This document shows, piece after piece, positions 62,230-64,000 of a stretch of 64,000 nt of DNA. Made by a program: the position numbers and the translations under genes. Position 1 is the stretch's first letter. The number at the start of each line of letters is the position of its first letter. The notes under the pieces were generated by a model. The model did not search any database and was not told where the DNA came from. It saw only the letters and a list, made by a program, of their open reading frames with translations. Source of the stretch: an uncultured Erysipelotrichaceae bacterium (GTDB taxonomy: Bacteria > Bacillota_I > Bacilli_A > RF39 > UBA660). The DNA lies in contig CACXGV010000001.1 of NCBI GenBank assembly GCA_902767375.1, forward strand, positions 1,080 to 65,079. The letters run 5' to 3'.

Positions 62230-63873
62230 CTAATCAACAATAAATGGATTAGATTGGGTGCCTGTTCCACTAGATATACTTACCGCACTCTTTAGAGAAA
62301 CTGCGGGACGAACAGCACCATTGACGCCATCCACGTAGCCGCCGCCCAAAGTACCGACCCCGCCCACGCCCCACACGATAGCGTATCTGCCAACGAAAAC
62401 GTAAGGCGACAAAGACCAATAAAATTCTCCGCTTGCATTATTATATAAATAATATGAAGTATTACCATCGCTTTCGCCTTCTCGTAATTTATTATTACCA
62501 GCAAATGCTATTTCATCTGCGGTAAGAAGTCCTATTTTATACTCTTTATTGTTACTATATAATTTGGCATTTCCATTTACTGTATCTCTCGCTGTAAATT
62601 TTGATAACTTTCCATCACTTCCAGCATTTGGACATACTAAACTTGGGGCTGCTTCACTAGTTGGATTTAGTCTTCTGGCTGCTTGATAGTATGTTTTTGC
62701 GGTTCCTAAACCGGTGCCCGCTAGTGTTATACCCAATGGATCGTATGTTGTATCAGTTACTACTCCCTTATCATTACACCATATGACATCGGCAAGCATG
62801 TCGTTATAACTTCTTAATTTTTCATCATACCAATTTTTTAAGATTGTTAGTATTGTACTATCATTATCATTGGCATGGGCTATATTAAAATCACTTGAAT
62901 CAGGATTATTTGAATACATAAATCCTATATATGTATTTTTATTAATATTAGTATTAAATGCACTTTGATATGAATTGTTATACCTTGCAAATGCATTAGT
63001 TGTTCCATCTTCAGTGCTAACACATGGGTTTTGAACATTATTTGGATTATAATTATATAATACTAATTTAGTATTGCCCGCTCCATCTACTCTTACTATT
63101 CTCCAGCACATTCCTGCAAAGACTACATAATTGTTTTCTACTGCTCCTCTATAATAGTAGCTTGTTCCATAATCATCAGTAGTACTTCTTAGTCCTTCAT
63201 TAGTTGTAGCATAAGCTCTTCCTGGAATTGTCATTCCACTATCATTATCATTATGCACTGTTCCTCCTGTTGATTTTATACTAGCAAGAAGTGTTCCTGT
63301 TCCAGGATTATCCCATGGATCAGCAGTTGCTTCTTCTATATAGATTTTAGCATTAAATACTGCTTCTTGTGCATCATTTTGATCTAATCCATTATCTTTA
63401 AAATATATCTTTAATTCATAATTATGTGTATCATTCGTGGCATCGGTAAATGATCCTTTACCAAATTTTATCTTTCCTGTTCCATTTATTGATTGATTAG
63501 TTTTAGTTGCGATAGATGTTCCATTTGTACTACTTACTAATGTTAAATCATATGTTAAATAATTATTGGGAAAATTATTTGTTATTACATTTAGTCCTAA
63601 GTCATAATACATTGTTAAATCTGTTGTATTATTGGCTGTTAAAGTAAATGTTTTTGTTACCCATGGATCATTTTTAGGATAAATATTATTAAATGATACT
63701 TCTTCATTTCCCTCGGTATATACTATTCCCATTGTTCCGGCTGTTAAACTTATGGTACTTGCGCTTTCTATTCCAGTTATTCTTGCTGAGAAGTATGCAT
63801 ATGTTACGGTTATTAGTACTAGTGCTAATGCTACTATTGATAATATTATTGTATTTTTAGCTTTTTTATCCAT
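62230..63873 (-). CDS. surface protein: TasA/camelysin-like N-module with SipW-type signal peptide, plus an uncharacterised C-terminal domain
   Basis: N-terminus ...ITVTYAYFSARITGIESASTISLTAGTMGI...HNYELKIYFKDNGLDQ. The C-terminal domain contains GMCWRIVRV, LLTADEIAFAG, YWSLSPY and RPAVSLKS...GTQSNPFIV. Confidence 0.65.
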   Translation of the reverse strand: MDKKAKNTIILSIVALALVLITVTYAYFSARITGIESASTISLTAGTMGIVYTEGNEEVSFNNIYPKNDPWVTKTFTLTANNTTDLTMYYDLGLNVITNNFPNNYLTYDLTLVSSTNGTSIATKTNQSINGTGKIKFGKGSFTDATNDTHNYELKIYFKDNGLDQNDAQEAVFNAKIYIEEATADPWDNPGTGTLLASIKSTGGTVHNDNDSGMTIPGRAYATTNEGLRSTTDDYGTSYYYRGAVENNYVVFAGMCWRIVRVDGAGNTKLVLYNYNPNNVQNPCVSTEDGTTNAFARYNNSYQSAFNTNINKNTYIGFMYSNNPDSSDFNIAHANDNDSTILTILKNWYDEKLRSYNDMLADVIWCNDKGVVTDTTYDPLGITLAGTGLGTAKTYYQAARRLNPTSEAAPSLVCPNAGSDGKLSKFTARDTVNGNAKLYSNNKEYKIGLLTADEIAFAGNNKLREGESDGNTSYYLYNNASGEFYWSLSPYVFVGRYAIVWGVGGVGTLGGGYVDGVNGAVRPAVSLKSAVSISSGTGTQSNPFIVD

Positions 63874-63921
63874 GAAAAAATCACTACCTTCTAAATCTAT
63901 TATATTAAGAATTCAAATTCA

Positions 63922-63947
63922 AATAAAAAAGCCAATTACTTGGCTTC
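63922..63947 (-). terminator. intrinsic terminator of the gene entering from the right edge
   Basis: AAGCCAA / TTGGCTT 7-bp stem with loop TTACT, and a U-run on the transcript. Confidence 0.55.
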
Positions 63948-63957
63948 TACAATTAAT

Positions 63958-64000
63958 TTAATAGCAGTTTTTTGCACTCCATCTATTAAAATATCCGAAA
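63958..64000 (-). CDS. 3' end of an unidentified gene (5' part beyond the right window edge)
   Basis: The frame reading ...FGYFNRWSAKNCY ends at TAA 63958-63960 and is followed by a terminator hairpin. Only 13 codons are visible. Confidence 0.3.
   Translation of the reverse strand, partial: FGYFNRWSAKNCY

Noticed and set aside
1-64000. The very low GC content raised the possibility of a Mollicutes-type genetic code (TGA = Trp).
   Set aside because: Long ORFs are uninterrupted under the standard code, and Trp is encoded by TGG where I checked (for example WEW in rlmN). The presence of SEDS, a PASTA kinase, M23/NlpC hydrolases and sortase signals indicates a walled bacterium.

Overview
This is a very AT-rich chromosomal segment, coded almost entirely on the minus strand. 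It appears to come from a cell-wall-bearing, low-GC Bacillota (Firmicutes)-type bacterium using the standard genetic code: Trp is TGG and the long ORFs are uninterrupted. All calls rest on reading the ORF translations and the DNA by eye; no searches were run.

Core genes recognised:
- A broken-up fmt ... rlmN-prpC-prkC-rsgA-rpe cluster.
- A SEDS (FtsW/RodA) gene.
- ftsE-ftsX followed by a coiled-coil M23 peptidase.
- rmuC, dnaB-dnaI, a J2-like RNase J, ssb and sufB.

Accessory content of interest:
1. A roughly 17-19 kb Gram-positive T4SS-like island (25.7-43 kb, with surface genes out to 44.9 kb). It carries VirD4-, VirB4-, VirB3-, VirB6- and VirB2-like genes and four peptidoglycan-hydrolase domains. 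I see no relaxase, integrase or transposase. virB4 is split by a 7-bp tandem duplication. The first operon encodes Flp-like, TadE-like and TadZ/CpaE-like proteins.
2. A dispersed paralogous family (four intact genes plus one pseudogene). Members share an N-terminal module of about 180 aa that looks like a TasA/camelysin-type domain with a SipW-type signal peptide. It is fused to different C-terminal surface domains, and several copies have a conserved hairpin in the leader that sequesters the ribosome-binding site.
3. A compact protein with two R-N-x-x-x-H (HEPN) motifs, translationally coupled to rmuC, with no CRISPR array nearby.
4. A tight three-gene operon: a transglutaminase-like protease, an AAA-less paralog, and a ClpA/B-D1-like AAA+ protein.
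5. Several cysteine-rich secreted proteins and xPxTG sortase substrates, plus a CPWC thioredoxin-like lipoprotein.

I recognised no rRNA, tRNA, CRISPR array or IS element.
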